Of a stretch of DNA of 64,000 nt, positions 63,617-64,000 are shown piece after piece. The stretch's first letter is position 1; each line of letters begins with the position of its first letter. The stretch is from NCBI GenBank assembly GCA_965153285.1, contig OZ229120.1; one strand, given 5' to 3'. The DNA is from Podarcis tiliguerta. Taxonomy: Eukaryota. The notes under the pieces are model-generated. The model ran no database searches and was not told the DNA's origin. It worked only from the letters and a program-made list of their open reading frames with translations. The position numbers and the translations under genes are program-made.

Positions 63617-63639
63617 ATATATATATATATATATATATA
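63617..63639. repeat. (AT)n microsatellite
   Basis: Visible dinucleotide run. Confidence 0.9.
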
Positions 63640-64000
63640 GTCAAGGGGAGGGGAGGGGGGAGGCTGCCCCCCTCAGCATCCCCAATAATTTTTGTAACAT
63701 GATTACTTATTTTAAATGCAATGCATTTATAACACACTCTCCAACTTTTCACATTAAAAAACCCAGGACGAGTGTCTTCCAGGACCCCTTTTATGGCATG
63801 AGAGTGCGCAAGATCACAGTACCCAAAATGGCTGCTGCGATCTCACATGAAAAAATGGGATGTCCATTTTTTTCCAGGACACTTGGTGGGTATGTTATAA
63901 ATAATTATATTAAGTGTACTATAATATAGGTGATTTCAGGAAAGCTAAAGAACTTTGGCCATGGGAATGGAAATTCACCTACTATGGCCACTATCCAGAG

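Overview
Vertebrate non-coding DNA from a squamate, most likely a lacertid lizard (inferred from five Sauria/Squam1-type SINEs plus Squam2- and Squam3-like SINEs). It is a scaffold with four N gaps. I cannot identify any protein-coding gene. The ORF track is largely noise, gap artefacts or TE-derived peptides; the only real coding remnants are decayed CR1, L2 and RTE LINE fragments. The window alternates TE clusters (nested Tc1/mariner and hAT MITEs with clean target-site duplications) with long TE-poor blocks rich in TALE/HOX motifs. This pattern suggests a gene desert or large intron of a developmental regulator. Three observations stand out. (1) An HDV-like ribozyme architecture with an atypical hairpin inserted in L3 sits at the 5' end of an RTE-type element (7573-7700, minus; decayed in this copy). 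(2) A helically phased array of five nuclear-receptor half-sites containing two DR5 RAREs lies at 26554-26615, next to a PBX-HOX/MEIS module and a CCAAT-CACCC-TATA promoter-like arrangement. (3) A weak chain of phase-compatible candidate exons spans 1.3-6.3 kb. Family names come from pattern recognition, not database searches, and edges of old repeats are approximate.
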